Position numbers and translations under genes: made by a program. From Bacilli bacterium (GTDB lineage Bacteria; Bacillota_I; Bacilli_A; RFN20; CAG-826), in assembly GCA_024407995.1 (NCBI GenBank), contig JAKSVL010000001.1:13467-77466 (forward strand): a stretch of DNA of 64,000 nt, given 5' to 3'. The notes beneath the pieces are model-generated. The model searched no databases and was not told the origin of the DNA. It saw only the letters and a list, made by a program, of their open reading frames with translations. Positions 19,942 to 29,062 of this stretch are shown here, one piece after another (the stretch's first letter is position 1; every line of letters starts with the position of its first letter).

Positions 19942-21492
19942 ATGAAAAATGAACCCCTTGTATTAACCCTAGACTTCGGCACTCAATCTGTAAGAGCGGC
20001 ACTCTTTAATAAACGTGGTGATATAGTTTATCTCACTAAAAAATGTTATTGCCCAATTTATTTTTCAAACAAAAAAGGATATGCCGAACAAAACGCTGAT
20101 TTCTACTGGGACAATCTTGTTGAATGCTTAAAAGAAATTTCCGTAACAAACAAAGAACTTTTAAATGATATTACCGCTATGACAGTCACATCTTTTAGAG
20201 ATTCTGCTGTCTTGCTAGATAAAGACAAAAAACCTTTGAGACCAATTATTCTTTGGCTTGACCAACGTTTGGCGGAAGCGAGAGAAAAAATACCTGGAAT
20301 ACACAAGTTTTTATTCAAACTAGTTGGAATGTATGACACGGTAGTCATGAACAGAACTAGAACCATGGCACATTGGGTCAAAGAAAATGAACCTGAATTA
20401 TGGGCTAAAGTTGATAAATACGTTAATATTTCTACTTATATTAACTATAAATTAACTGGTGAATTAGCAGATTCTCCAGGCGGCTTGACCGGTCACTATC
20501 CGCTCAATTACAAAAAGCGCGAATGGTACAAAGAAGGTGCAATGAAAGGTCGCATTTTTGGTATTCCAAACCGCATGTTACCAAAGGTAGTTCCAGTTGG
20601 CGAAGTCATCGGTGTTTTGAGCGATGAAGTTGCTGAAATGTGTGGTTTACCAAAAGGATTAAAACTTATTTCTACAGGCAGTGATAAGGGCTGTGAAACA
20701 ATCGGCTTAGGCTGTTTAACTCCAGATATCGGTGCGATTTCATATGGTACCGCTTGTACAATTGAAGTCAGCAATCCTCGCTATCACGAACCAGAACCAT
20801 TCTTACCAGCATATGCAGCAGCAGTGCCTAATCTTTATAACATGGATGTACAAATCTATCGTGGTTTCTGGATGCTTAAATGGTTTGCTTCTGAATTCGC
20901 TAGTGAATTAGAGCAAGAAGCCAAAACTAAAAATCTTCCAATTGAAGAAATTCTTGATGGTTGGCTTAATGATGTTACTCCTGGTTCTGATGGTCTTCTT
21001 TTACAACCATATTGGGGTCCAGGTCTTGCGCGCCCGCTTGCTAAAGGCGCTATCGTGGGCTTCTCAAACATCCATACCCGCAAGCACATTTATCGTGCCA
21101 TCGTAGAAGGCATCGCGTTTGCTTTACGCGAGGGCTTAGAAAGCATCGAAAAATCGCAAAAACAAAAAGTTAAATCACTAAGAATATCCGGTGGTGGATC
21201 TTTGAGCGATGAAATATGTCAAATTACCGCTGATATTTTTGGTTTAGAAATATCTAGAGTACAAACAATTGAATCAACATCACTAGGTGCTGCTATCGCT
21301 ACCTTTGTAGCAGTGAAAGAATTTGATAGTGCAGCAGAAGCGGTTAAAAATATGACTAAAACTTCTACGACTTTCAAACCAAATCCTGAAAATCACAAAT
21401 TGTATAACCACATCTATCGTGATGTTTATTTGAAAACATATCCAAGATTGAAACCACTAGATGTGGCAATCAACGGAATCTTTAAACGCTAA
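19942..21492 (+). CDS. FGGY-family carbohydrate kinase (xylulokinase/glycerol-kinase-like)
   Basis: N-terminal LVLTLDFGTQSVRAALF, plus central and C-terminal FGGY domains (GGGSLSDEICQITADIFG). ATG 19942 with GGAG RBS; the track start 19927 is TTG. Confidence 0.8.
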   Translation: MKNEPLVLTLDFGTQSVRAALFNKRGDIVYLTKKCYCPIYFSNKKGYAEQNADFYWDNLVECLKEISVTNKELLNDITAMTVTSFRDSAVLLDKDKKPLRPIILWLDQRLAEAREKIPGIHKFLFKLVGMYDTVVMNRTRTMAHWVKENEPELWAKVDKYVNISTYINYKLTGELADSPGGLTGHYPLNYKKREWYKEGAMKGRIFGIPNRMLPKVVPVGEVIGVLSDEVAEMCGLPKGLKLISTGSDKGCETIGLGCLTPDIGAISYGTACTIEVSNPRYHEPEPFLPAYAAAVPNLYNMDVQIYRGFWMLKWFASEFASELEQEAKTKNLPIEEILDGWLNDVTPGSDGLLLQPYWGPGLARPLAKGAIVGFSNIHTRKHIYRAIVEGIAFALREGLESIEKSQKQKVKSLRISGGGSLSDEICQITADIFGLEISRVQTIESTSLGAAIATFVAVKEFDSAAEAVKNMTKTSTTFKPNPENHKLYNHIYRDVYLKTYPRLKPLDVAINGIFKR

Positions 21493-22688
21493 TGAAAAAC
21501 TTTATTATCATTTCTCCTCATTTTCCAGAAACCTATTACCAATTCGCGCAAGCATTAAAACGCAATGGCTTCCGTGTCTTGGGTGTGGGCGATGCATCGT
21601 ATTTTGAAATATCTTACGAACTAAGAAGTTGTCTTGATGAATATTATTGTTGCTATGACATGGAAAATTATGAAAATGAAAAACGCGCTGTTGCGTGTTT
21701 TAGAAATAAATATGGCATTATCGATTATCTTGAAAGCAATAATGAATATTGGTTAGAAAGAGATTCTTGGTTAAGGAATGATTTCAATATTCCAAATGGT
21801 GTAAGACCAGATGAATTAAAAAGCTGGCAGCATAAGTCTTTAATGAAAGATTTATACAAAAAAGCTGGTGTTCCAGTTACGGATTATATCATCGTTACCG
21901 ATAAAGAAAACCTCTTGAGGTTTATTGATAAAGTTGGTTACCCAGTCTTCGCTAAACCGGATGTTGGCGTTGGCGCTAGCAACGGCTATAAAATCAAAAA
22001 TAGCGGGGACGTGGATGTGTTTTTTGATAAAAAAGACCCAGATATCACATATATTTGCGAACAATTTGTTACTGGAAACATTGTGTCATTTGATGGTATT
22101 TGCGATGATGAAAGCAACGTTGTTTTCTGTGCTTCAAATATCTTCCCTCCATCAGTTGCGGATATTGCAGAAGAAGGAAAAGATTTGTTCTATTACACCG
22201 ATAAAAAGGTACCCGATGATTTAAAAGAAATTGGTGAAAAAGTTATCAAAGCTTTCAATGTTAGAAAGAAATTTTTCCATTTAGAATTTTTTAGATTAAC
22301 CGAAAACATTCCTAATCTCGGCAAAATTAATGATCTTGTCGCTCTTGAAACAAACATGAGACCTGCCGGTGGATATACTCCTGATTTAATCAACTTTTCA
22401 CAATCCGTTAATTGCTATCAAATTTATGCGGATGTGATGGCATTTAATTCTAATAATCAAGATATGTCGATGAAAAAATATTATGCCGCTTGTGCTTCTA
22501 GAAGAGACGATATTTATTATGTTCATGATGATGAAGCTGTGCTAGAAAGATACAAAAACAATATATGTAGCAACGACCGTTATCCAGATGTGTTGAGTGA
22601 TGTCATGGGCAATCGTTTCTTTATGGCAAAATTTGATACACTTGAAGAAGTGAATGAATTCCGAAAATATTGCGAAACGAGATTGTAA
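21492..22688 (+). CDS. ATP-grasp domain ligase of unknown specificity
   Basis: 398 aa with a pre-ATP-grasp Rossmann-like N-domain and ATP-grasp core (GYPVFAKPDVGVGASNGYKI, EQFVTGNIVSFDGI, LETNMRPAGG). Its start overlaps the FGGY-kinase stop (TAATG). Confidence 0.7.
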   Translation: MKNFIIISPHFPETYYQFAQALKRNGFRVLGVGDASYFEISYELRSCLDEYYCCYDMENYENEKRAVACFRNKYGIIDYLESNNEYWLERDSWLRNDFNIPNGVRPDELKSWQHKSLMKDLYKKAGVPVTDYIIVTDKENLLRFIDKVGYPVFAKPDVGVGASNGYKIKNSGDVDVFFDKKDPDITYICEQFVTGNIVSFDGICDDESNVVFCASNIFPPSVADIAEEGKDLFYYTDKKVPDDLKEIGEKVIKAFNVRKKFFHLEFFRLTENIPNLGKINDLVALETNMRPAGGYTPDLINFSQSVNCYQIYADVMAFNSNNQDMSMKKYYAACASRRDDIYYVHDDEAVLERYKNNICSNDRYPDVLSDVMGNRFFMAKFDTLEEVNEFRKYCETRL

Positions 22689-22689
22689 T

Positions 22690-22830
22690 ATGGATGAAGT
22701 GAAATATAGACGCAAAAGAAGAAAAAGATATTTTACCGGTGAGGACATTGATATGTTCCGTGAGAGAGAACAAGAACGTCGTACCGATAAAGAAAATAAC
22801 ATCTGTGACACGCACATTGACGGTGCATAA
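22690..22830 (+). CDS. Small 46-aa ORF (MDEVKYRRKRRKRYFTGEDIDMFREREQERRTDKENNICDTHIDGA), basic then acidic, coupled to the ATP-grasp gene. Its coding status is uncertain.
   Basis: The ATG is 1 nt after the ATP-grasp stop (TAAtATG). No SD, which is consistent with translational coupling. A terminator follows at 22878, so the ORF fills the otherwise long 3' UTR. It is below the ORF-track size cutoff. Confidence 0.3.
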   Translation: MDEVKYRRKRRKRYFTGEDIDMFREREQERRTDKENNICDTHIDGA

Positions 22831-22877
22831 TAATTAAGAAAAGCAAAAAATGTTACATTATTGCCGATTTGTAAAGC

Positions 22878-22908
22878 AAGGCCAGCACTTAAAGGCTGGT
22901 TTTTATTT
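22878..22908 (+). terminator. Rho-independent terminator ending the FGGY/ATP-grasp/small-ORF unit
   Basis: aaGGCCAGC-acttaaag-GCTGGTT followed by TTTTTATTT. Confidence 0.45.
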
Positions 22909-22947
22909 ACGTATTATGATAAAAATTGACTTGGTGAGGAAAAAGAA

Positions 22948-23844
22948 ATGGCAAAATATCAAATATTCACCGACTCTAGTTGTGATTTAGGGACGGAAAT
23001 TAGAAAACAATACAACATAGAATATTTCTATTTTGGTTTAGTAGTTGATGGTGTAACATACCGCGCTGATTTAGACTGGAAAGATTATACCCAAGAAGAA
23101 TTCTATGGTTGGTTATCACAAGGAAAGAAAGTTAAAACAACTCAAGTTACCATGGAAGAAGTAATGAGCAGAGTTCGCCCGTGCTTTGAACAAGGTATTG
23201 ATATTATTTATATTGGCTGTTCTGGCGCTTTAACTGGTTCAATGAATTTATTTGAATTAGCGAAAAGAGAATTAATGGAAGAATTCCCAGATCGTAAAAT
23301 GATTGGTATCGATTCTTTGGCGGCTTCTTGCACATTAGGCATGATGGTTATTGATGCTTCTAAAAAACAACAAGGGGGCCTTTCGATTGAAGAATTGGAA
23401 CAATGGGTTTATGACAATAGATTCTTCTACAATCAATTCGCAACCGTTGATACACTAACATATTTAAGAGCAGCTGGTCGTATTAAAGGCCTTGCAGCAT
23501 TCTTTGGCAATATCGTTGGTGTTAAACCAATCTTCATTAGCGATAGAAAAGGTAACAACCTAACTGTCAATAAAGTTAAAGGCACAAAAGCTTCTTTAAA
23601 TGAAATATTTGAAGATGTGAAGAACGCTTGTGTTGAAGGTGAAACCGAAGAAATTTTCATCGGTCAAGGCATGGCAATGGAACGCGCTGAAGCTTTGAAG
23701 AAGAGAGTGGAGGATGAACTCCATATCAAAGCTACCATTGAATGGATTGGACCTATTGTTGGTACAACATGTGGCCCAGGCATCATCGCAACCTTCTGTC
23801 GTGGTAAAGAAGTAACCCGCTACGAAGGCGATGGAGAAAAATAA
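22948..23844 (+). CDS. DegV-family fatty-acid-binding protein
   Basis: MAKYQIFTDSSCDL N-terminus, 298 aa. Confidence 0.85.
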   Translation: MAKYQIFTDSSCDLGTEIRKQYNIEYFYFGLVVDGVTYRADLDWKDYTQEEFYGWLSQGKKVKTTQVTMEEVMSRVRPCFEQGIDIIYIGCSGALTGSMNLFELAKRELMEEFPDRKMIGIDSLAASCTLGMMVIDASKKQQGGLSIEELEQWVYDNRFFYNQFATVDTLTYLRAAGRIKGLAAFFGNIVGVKPIFISDRKGNNLTVNKVKGTKASLNEIFEDVKNACVEGETEEIFIGQGMAMERAEALKKRVEDELHIKATIEWIGPIVGTTCGPGIIATFCRGKEVTRYEGDGEK

Positions 23845-23852
23845 TGAATACT

Positions 23853-23880
23853 AAGGCGTCAAATTGATGCCTTTTTGTTT
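23853..23880 (+). terminator. Rho-independent terminator after the degV-family gene
   Basis: AAGGCGTC-aaatt-GATGCCTT followed by TTTGTTT. Confidence 0.5.
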
Positions 23881-23901
23881 GCGTGCGTATATAATTGATT
23901 T

Positions 23902-24849
23902 ATGAAAAAAATGACTCCTTATAGAAACAAATCCAAACAAGCTCCGATTAAAAAGAACTATCAGAATATTAAAGAATACAAAGTGACTAAAGAATGTGAA
24001 CTTCTTGAGTTTCTTTTAGAAACTTTTAAAAGCCAATCGCGCAACTCTGTAAAATCACTTCTTTCTTCACATCGTGTGTCAGTTGATGGTGCGCCAGTCA
24101 GTCAATTTAATTTCAAATTATATCCAGAAGATACAATAATTATTTCTAATTCTCCAATAAAAAAGAAAACTAGAAGCAAATTACCAATCATTTATGAAGA
24201 TGATGATTTGATTGTCATTAACAAGCCGAGTGGCCTCCTTTCTATCGCTTCTGATAACGAAAAGAGCTCGACAGCTTATAGAATGTTATCAGATTATGTA
24301 CAACAAAAAGATAAACATAATCGTATATTTGTTGTTCATAGATTGGATGAAGATACATCTGGTGTTTTAATGGTCGCTAAAAACGTTAAAATTCAGCAAG
24401 CATTGCAAGAAAAGTGGAATGATATAGTGACCAAACGCGGTTATTATGCAATTGTCGAAGGTGTCATGGAAAAAAACAGCGACACAATAAAAACTTATCT
24501 TAAGAAAAATAGCCAAAATCTCATGTATTCTTCCAAAAAAGCTGGTGATGGTCAACTAGCAATCACCCATTATAAGGTTATGAAAACTAATGGCACGTAC
24601 TCTCTACTTGATGTCAATATCGATACTGGAAGAAAAAATCAAATCCGTGTCCATTTGGGTGAACAAGGTCATCATATTATTGGCGATGATAAGTATGGTC
24701 AGCCTGCTGATCCAATTAAAAGATTAGGCCTTCACGCCTATGCCTTGGAGTTCACCCATCCTTTAACAGGAAAAAAAGTTAAATATACTGCTCCAATGCC
24801 AAAGTGCTTTGAAGATTTATTTGCTAAACATTCAGGAGACAAAGAATGA
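23902..24849 (+). CDS. RluA/RluD-family 23S rRNA pseudouridine synthase with an N-terminal S4 RNA-binding domain
   Basis: An S4-like region followed by HRLDEDTSGVLMVAKN. Confidence 0.8.
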   Translation: MKKMTPYRNKSKQAPIKKNYQNIKEYKVTKECELLEFLLETFKSQSRNSVKSLLSSHRVSVDGAPVSQFNFKLYPEDTIIISNSPIKKKTRSKLPIIYEDDDLIVINKPSGLLSIASDNEKSSTAYRMLSDYVQQKDKHNRIFVVHRLDEDTSGVLMVAKNVKIQQALQEKWNDIVTKRGYYAIVEGVMEKNSDTIKTYLKKNSQNLMYSSKKAGDGQLAITHYKVMKTNGTYSLLDVNIDTGRKNQIRVHLGEQGHHIIGDDKYGQPADPIKRLGLHAYALEFTHPLTGKKVKYTAPMPKCFEDLFAKHSGDKE

Positions 24850-26450
24850 AAAACCGTTATTTAAGTGCACTTCTTAGTTCTTCTTTATCAATAGCACCAA
24901 TGATATTACTTGTTTTCATTTTATCTTGGACGCCTTTGTTAACTATTACAAGTAACGATTACATTATGCTTGCTATTGGTGGTGTATTTTTGATCTTAGG
25001 TTTAGCTTTATTCCAAGTTGGCGCCGCTACTGGACTTACCAAAGTTGGTGAATACATGGGTAGTTCCCTTTCGAAACAGCAAAACCTTTTTATCGTTGTT
25101 ATTTTTGCTCTTGCTTTGGGAGCTTTAATTACCTGTGCTGAGCCATCAATCTTGATTGTTTCTAAACAAGTTACTTTAGTAAAAGATAATCCTGTTCTTA
25201 ACGCTATCATTTTGATTGGCAGTATCGCCCTTGGTGTTGGATTATTTGTTGTAATTGGTGTTTTACGTATTATATTCCACAAATCATTAAAGGTTTGGTA
25301 TTTATTCTTCTACATGTTGACTTTTATGTTGATATGCTTGATTGCAATAGACCCAGAAAAGTCTGAACTCCTTCCTTTTATTTTTGATAGCGGTGGTGTT
25401 ACGACCGGTTCTGCTACTGTGCCATTTATTTTAGCGTTAGGCGCTGGTGTTGCTATTGTTAGAGGCGGTAAAACCGCAAAGAGCGATAGTTTTGGCTTGG
25501 TTGGTATGGCGTCAATTGGTCCAATTATGGCCATGACTTTATCCATTCTTATTAAGTCAAATATTCCACCTTACGAATATATTCCTGTTGATTCTTTTGG
25601 TAATGATTACCTTATGTATTTCATAATTGCTTTATTGCCAATGAATGGCCACTTGGGTTCCTTAATTGAAGTTAGTATCGCTTTATCTCCAATATTAGTC
25701 ATCTTTTTCCTATATGAAAGATTGTTTATTAAATTACCAAAGAATAGAATATTCTCCCTTTTAATCGGATTTGGATTTTCTTATATTGGATTGTCTTTAT
25801 TTTTAGCGGCCACTAGTGCAGTTATGAGCCCTATGGGCGATATTGTTGGTAGATCACTTGGCTCATTTTGGCAAGATAGTTCCTGGATTATTATATTAAT
25901 CGCATTTGTCATCGGTTTAGTTACAATCTTATGTGAACCTGCAGTTCACGTATTGACTGCACAAATGGAAAATATTTCCTCTGGGCAGATTAAAAAAAGC
26001 ACAGTTTTAATTACTCTTTCTTTGGGTGTTGGTATCGCTATTATGTTGGCTGCTATTAGAGCAGTTTATAACTTCTCAATTTTGTATTACATGGTACCAG
26101 GGTATATTATTTCACTTACTTTAATGATTGTGTGTCCTGACATTTTCACTGCTATGGCATTCGACTCAGGTGGTACTGCATCTGGCCCTATGTCCACATC
26201 ATTTGTTCTTCCAATGATTATTGGCATTTATTCAGTTGTTGGAGAGGATAAATACGGCTTAGATAACGCAAGTTTCTATAGCGATGCCTTTGGTGTTGTA
26301 GCATTAATCGCTTTAACTCCAATCATTGCAATTCAAATTCTCGGTTCATTAACCGAAGTCAATCAATTACGCCGTCGTATTGCCGCTAGAAAAGCTATTG
26401 CGGCAGTGGATGATGTGCAAGTTATTCACTTTGTTAGGGAGGTTCAATAA
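24846..26450 (+). CDS. Tandem-duplicated (fused) DUF1538-family polytopic membrane protein
   Basis: 534 aa made of two similar halves. Each carries the DUF1538-type (A/C)EP motif (ITCAEPSILIV and ILCEPAVHVL) with Gly-rich TM helices. The ATGA start overlaps the preceding gene. Confidence 0.65.
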   Translation: MKNRYLSALLSSSLSIAPMILLVFILSWTPLLTITSNDYIMLAIGGVFLILGLALFQVGAATGLTKVGEYMGSSLSKQQNLFIVVIFALALGALITCAEPSILIVSKQVTLVKDNPVLNAIILIGSIALGVGLFVVIGVLRIIFHKSLKVWYLFFYMLTFMLICLIAIDPEKSELLPFIFDSGGVTTGSATVPFILALGAGVAIVRGGKTAKSDSFGLVGMASIGPIMAMTLSILIKSNIPPYEYIPVDSFGNDYLMYFIIALLPMNGHLGSLIEVSIALSPILVIFFLYERLFIKLPKNRIFSLLIGFGFSYIGLSLFLAATSAVMSPMGDIVGRSLGSFWQDSSWIIILIAFVIGLVTILCEPAVHVLTAQMENISSGQIKKSTVLITLSLGVGIAIMLAAIRAVYNFSILYYMVPGYIISLTLMIVCPDIFTAMAFDSGGTASGPMSTSFVLPMIIGIYSVVGEDKYGLDNASFYSDAFGVVALIALTPIIAIQILGSLTEVNQLRRRIAARKAIAAVDDVQVIHFVREVQ

Positions 26451-26821
26451 TGGCTAAATCAACAATTAAGCAACCTTATGATAAAACAAATGAAATAAGA
26501 CCGATTTGCGCATATTTCGCTATTGTTAACCATGGAAATGGTGCGGCAGTTTCTGAAATTTTCAAGAGAGCGGGATCATCTGCTCAATTTATTCAAATGG
26601 GCGAAGGGACTGCATCTAAGCACGTTTTAGATATTTTAGGCATCGAAGATAATAGAAAAGAAATCGTTATTTCCTTAATCGATGAAAATCGTTTAAAGGA
26701 AGCGACTGTTGAACTTGAAGCATTTTTTGTAGCAAGTAAAAGAAATAAAGGTATTGGTTTTTCAATACCAATGACTGGATTAGCTGGTGTGAGAATGTAT
26801 CAATTTCTCGCGAATTTATAG
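26450..26821 (+). CDS. P-II (GlnB)-like signal transduction protein
   Basis: 123 aa. The beta-alpha-beta pattern ...ICAYFAIVNHGNGAAVSEIFKRAGSSAQFIQMGEGTAS... resembles P-II-like proteins. GGGAGG RBS, and the start overlaps the upstream stop (TAATG). Confidence 0.55.
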   Translation: MAKSTIKQPYDKTNEIRPICAYFAIVNHGNGAAVSEIFKRAGSSAQFIQMGEGTASKHVLDILGIEDNRKEIVISLIDENRLKEATVELEAFFVASKRNKGIGFSIPMTGLAGVRMYQFLANL

Positions 26822-26833
26822 GAGGTACACGTC

Positions 26834-27166
26834 ATGACTAAAATGGAATTAATTATCGCTATTTGCAATGTTGGTTTTTCCGAAGTTGTTATGGATGCTG
26901 CAAAAGAAGCTGGAGCCAGAGGTGGCACAGTTTCGCGTGCTCGTGGTACAGCGAATAGTAATGCAGAAAAAAAGTTTGGCGTCTATGTCACTCCAGATAA
27001 AGAAATGGTTTTGATTGTTGTTCCAACCAAAATTAGAGATAAAGTTTTGAATTCAATTTATAGCGCGGTCGCCCAAAGACAACCTGGTAACTGTGTAGCC
27101 TTCTCTTTACCAGTTGATAACACCATTGGCATTCGCTATGTCGCAGATGAAGAAAAAAGCGACTAG
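26834..27166 (+). CDS. P-II (GlnB)-like signal transduction protein
   Basis: 110 aa. MELIIAICNVGFSEVVMDAAKEAGARGGTVSRARGT...MVLIVVPT has the P-II fold signature. Confidence 0.65.
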   Translation: MTKMELIIAICNVGFSEVVMDAAKEAGARGGTVSRARGTANSNAEKKFGVYVTPDKEMVLIVVPTKIRDKVLNSIYSAVAQRQPGNCVAFSLPVDNTIGIRYVADEEKSD

Positions 27167-28989
27167 ATGTCGCCTCTTCTAACGTGTGAATCGTATTTCT
27201 TACGTTCTGCAGTATTAAGAATTTTTTTGCGCATGCGATATGTGCTTGGCGTGATTTCTACAAGCTCATCGCTGTTGATATAGTCTAAACACGCCTCCAA
27301 AGACATTTTGCGAGGTGTTTTTAATACGACAGTGTTATCTTTCGTTGCGTTTCTAACATTCGTTAAATTCTTCTTTAAAACGCAGTTGACTGCTAAGTCG
27401 ATATCATAACGGTTTTCTCCGATAATCATACCTTCGTAAACCTTAACACCCGGTTCAATGAACATTGTACCTCTTTCTTCGACGTGTTCGATGGCGTATG
27501 GAGTAGCATCACCTGTTTCGGTAGCCACTAAAACGCCAATTTGTCTTTCGCCTAATGTCACTGTGGAAACTGGACGATATTCTTTATAAGTATGAGAGAT
27601 AATGCCATAACCTTTAGTTAATGTCATAAAGTTAGTCATAAAGCCTAATAGGCCACGCGATGGAATAACATAATTGAGAATTGTTACTGTTTCTCTAGCA
27701 TACATATTCACTAATTCAGCGCTTCTGTTGCCTAAAGACATCATGATATCACCGACAAATTCGTTAGGGACATCAATTAATAAATCTTCATATGGTTCAC
27801 ATTTTTCACCATCAATTTCTTTAATGATGACTTGTGGTTTACTAACTTCGAGTTCAAAGCCTTCACGTCTCATATTTTCGATTAAAATTGAAAGGTGAAG
27901 TTCGCCTCTTCCGGAAACAACCCATGACTCTTTGTTCGGAATTCTTTCCACTCTTAAAGCCACGTCTTTTTGTGTTTCTCTAAATAATCTTTCTTCGATT
28001 TTACGTGCGGTAAGTTGCTTGCCATCTTGACCAGCGAGTGGTGAAGAGTTTGTGCCAAAAGTCATTTGTAATGTTGGTTCATCTAATCTAATTGGTGGGA
28101 GGGCTTCAACAAAGCCTTGTGCACAGATGGTTTCACCAACGTTAATATCAGTTAAACCTGCAACTGCGACGATTTCACCAGCGGAAGCTTCTTCAATTTC
28201 TAATCTCTTAAGACCTTGATAACCAAATAATTTCATGACACGGAAAGTGACATTGCTACCATCTAATCTTGCAACGGTCACGTTGTCATTGACGTGGATT
28301 GTACCTTTTTTGATTGTACCTAAACCAATACGACCGACAAAGTCGTTATAGTCTAGTAAGGCTACTTGTAATTGAAGTGGAGCGTTGATATCTGCTTGAG
28401 GTGCTGGAATTTCCTTGATAATTGTGTCTAAAACAGCATCCATACCTGGTTTTTGTGTGGATACATTAGCCTCTAGTGAGGAAGTGCCCTTTAAACCAGA
28501 TGTGAAAATTACTGGGAATTCTAAGAATTCATCAGGAGCGCCTAATTCGATAAATAATTCCAATACTTCATCGAGTGTTTTTTCGATATCGATATTATTT
28601 CTATCTACTTTGTTGATAACCACGATTGGTTTGATGTGTGCTTGTAAAGCTTTTTTGAGAACAAATCTAGTTTGTGGCATGGTTCCTTCAAAAGCATCTA
28701 CTAATAATAAACAGCCATCGACCATGTTCATAATTCTTTCAACTTCACCACCAAAGTCTGCGTGTCCTGGAGTATCAAGAATATTGATTTTTGTATCTTT
28801 ATACATGATAGAAGTTGTTTTAGCGAGAATAGTAATTCCTCTTTCTCTTTCGATGTCATTACTATCCATAGCCCTTTCGTTAACTTCTTCGTTTATGCGG
28901 AAGGCACCTGATGTTTTTAAAAGTTGATCAACCAAAGTAGTTTTGCCATGGTCGACGTGAGCAATAATCGCGATATTACGAATGTCCAT
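27163..28989 (-). CDS. typA: Translational GTPase TypA/BipA
   Basis: MDIRNIAIIAHVDHGKTTLVDQLL, 608 aa, with EF-G-like domains. Confidence 0.95.
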   Translation of the reverse strand: MDIRNIAIIAHVDHGKTTLVDQLLKTSGAFRINEEVNERAMDSNDIERERGITILAKTTSIMYKDTKINILDTPGHADFGGEVERIMNMVDGCLLLVDAFEGTMPQTRFVLKKALQAHIKPIVVINKVDRNNIDIEKTLDEVLELFIELGAPDEFLEFPVIFTSGLKGTSSLEANVSTQKPGMDAVLDTIIKEIPAPQADINAPLQLQVALLDYNDFVGRIGLGTIKKGTIHVNDNVTVARLDGSNVTFRVMKLFGYQGLKRLEIEEASAGEIVAVAGLTDINVGETICAQGFVEALPPIRLDEPTLQMTFGTNSSPLAGQDGKQLTARKIEERLFRETQKDVALRVERIPNKESWVVSGRGELHLSILIENMRREGFELEVSKPQVIIKEIDGEKCEPYEDLLIDVPNEFVGDIMMSLGNRSAELVNMYARETVTILNYVIPSRGLLGFMTNFMTLTKGYGIISHTYKEYRPVSTVTLGERQIGVLVATETGDATPYAIEHVEERGTMFIEPGVKVYEGMIIGENRYDIDLAVNCVLKKNLTNVRNATKDNTVVLKTPRKMSLEACLDYINSDELVEITPSTYRMRKKILNTAERKKYDSHVRRGDI

Positions 28990-29004
28990 ATAGGTCCCTC
29001 CTTA

Positions 29005-29030
29005 GAAAAAAACCTCTAATATCTTAGAGG
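29005..29030 (-). terminator. Rho-independent terminator on the minus strand downstream of the YfhO-like gene, before typA
   Basis: CCTCTAA-tatc-TTAGAGG. On the minus strand it is followed by a T7 run (the A-run 29005..29012 on the plus strand). Confidence 0.5.
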
Positions 29031-29062
29031 AGTATATACTACAAAAGCAAGAGAAAATGAAA

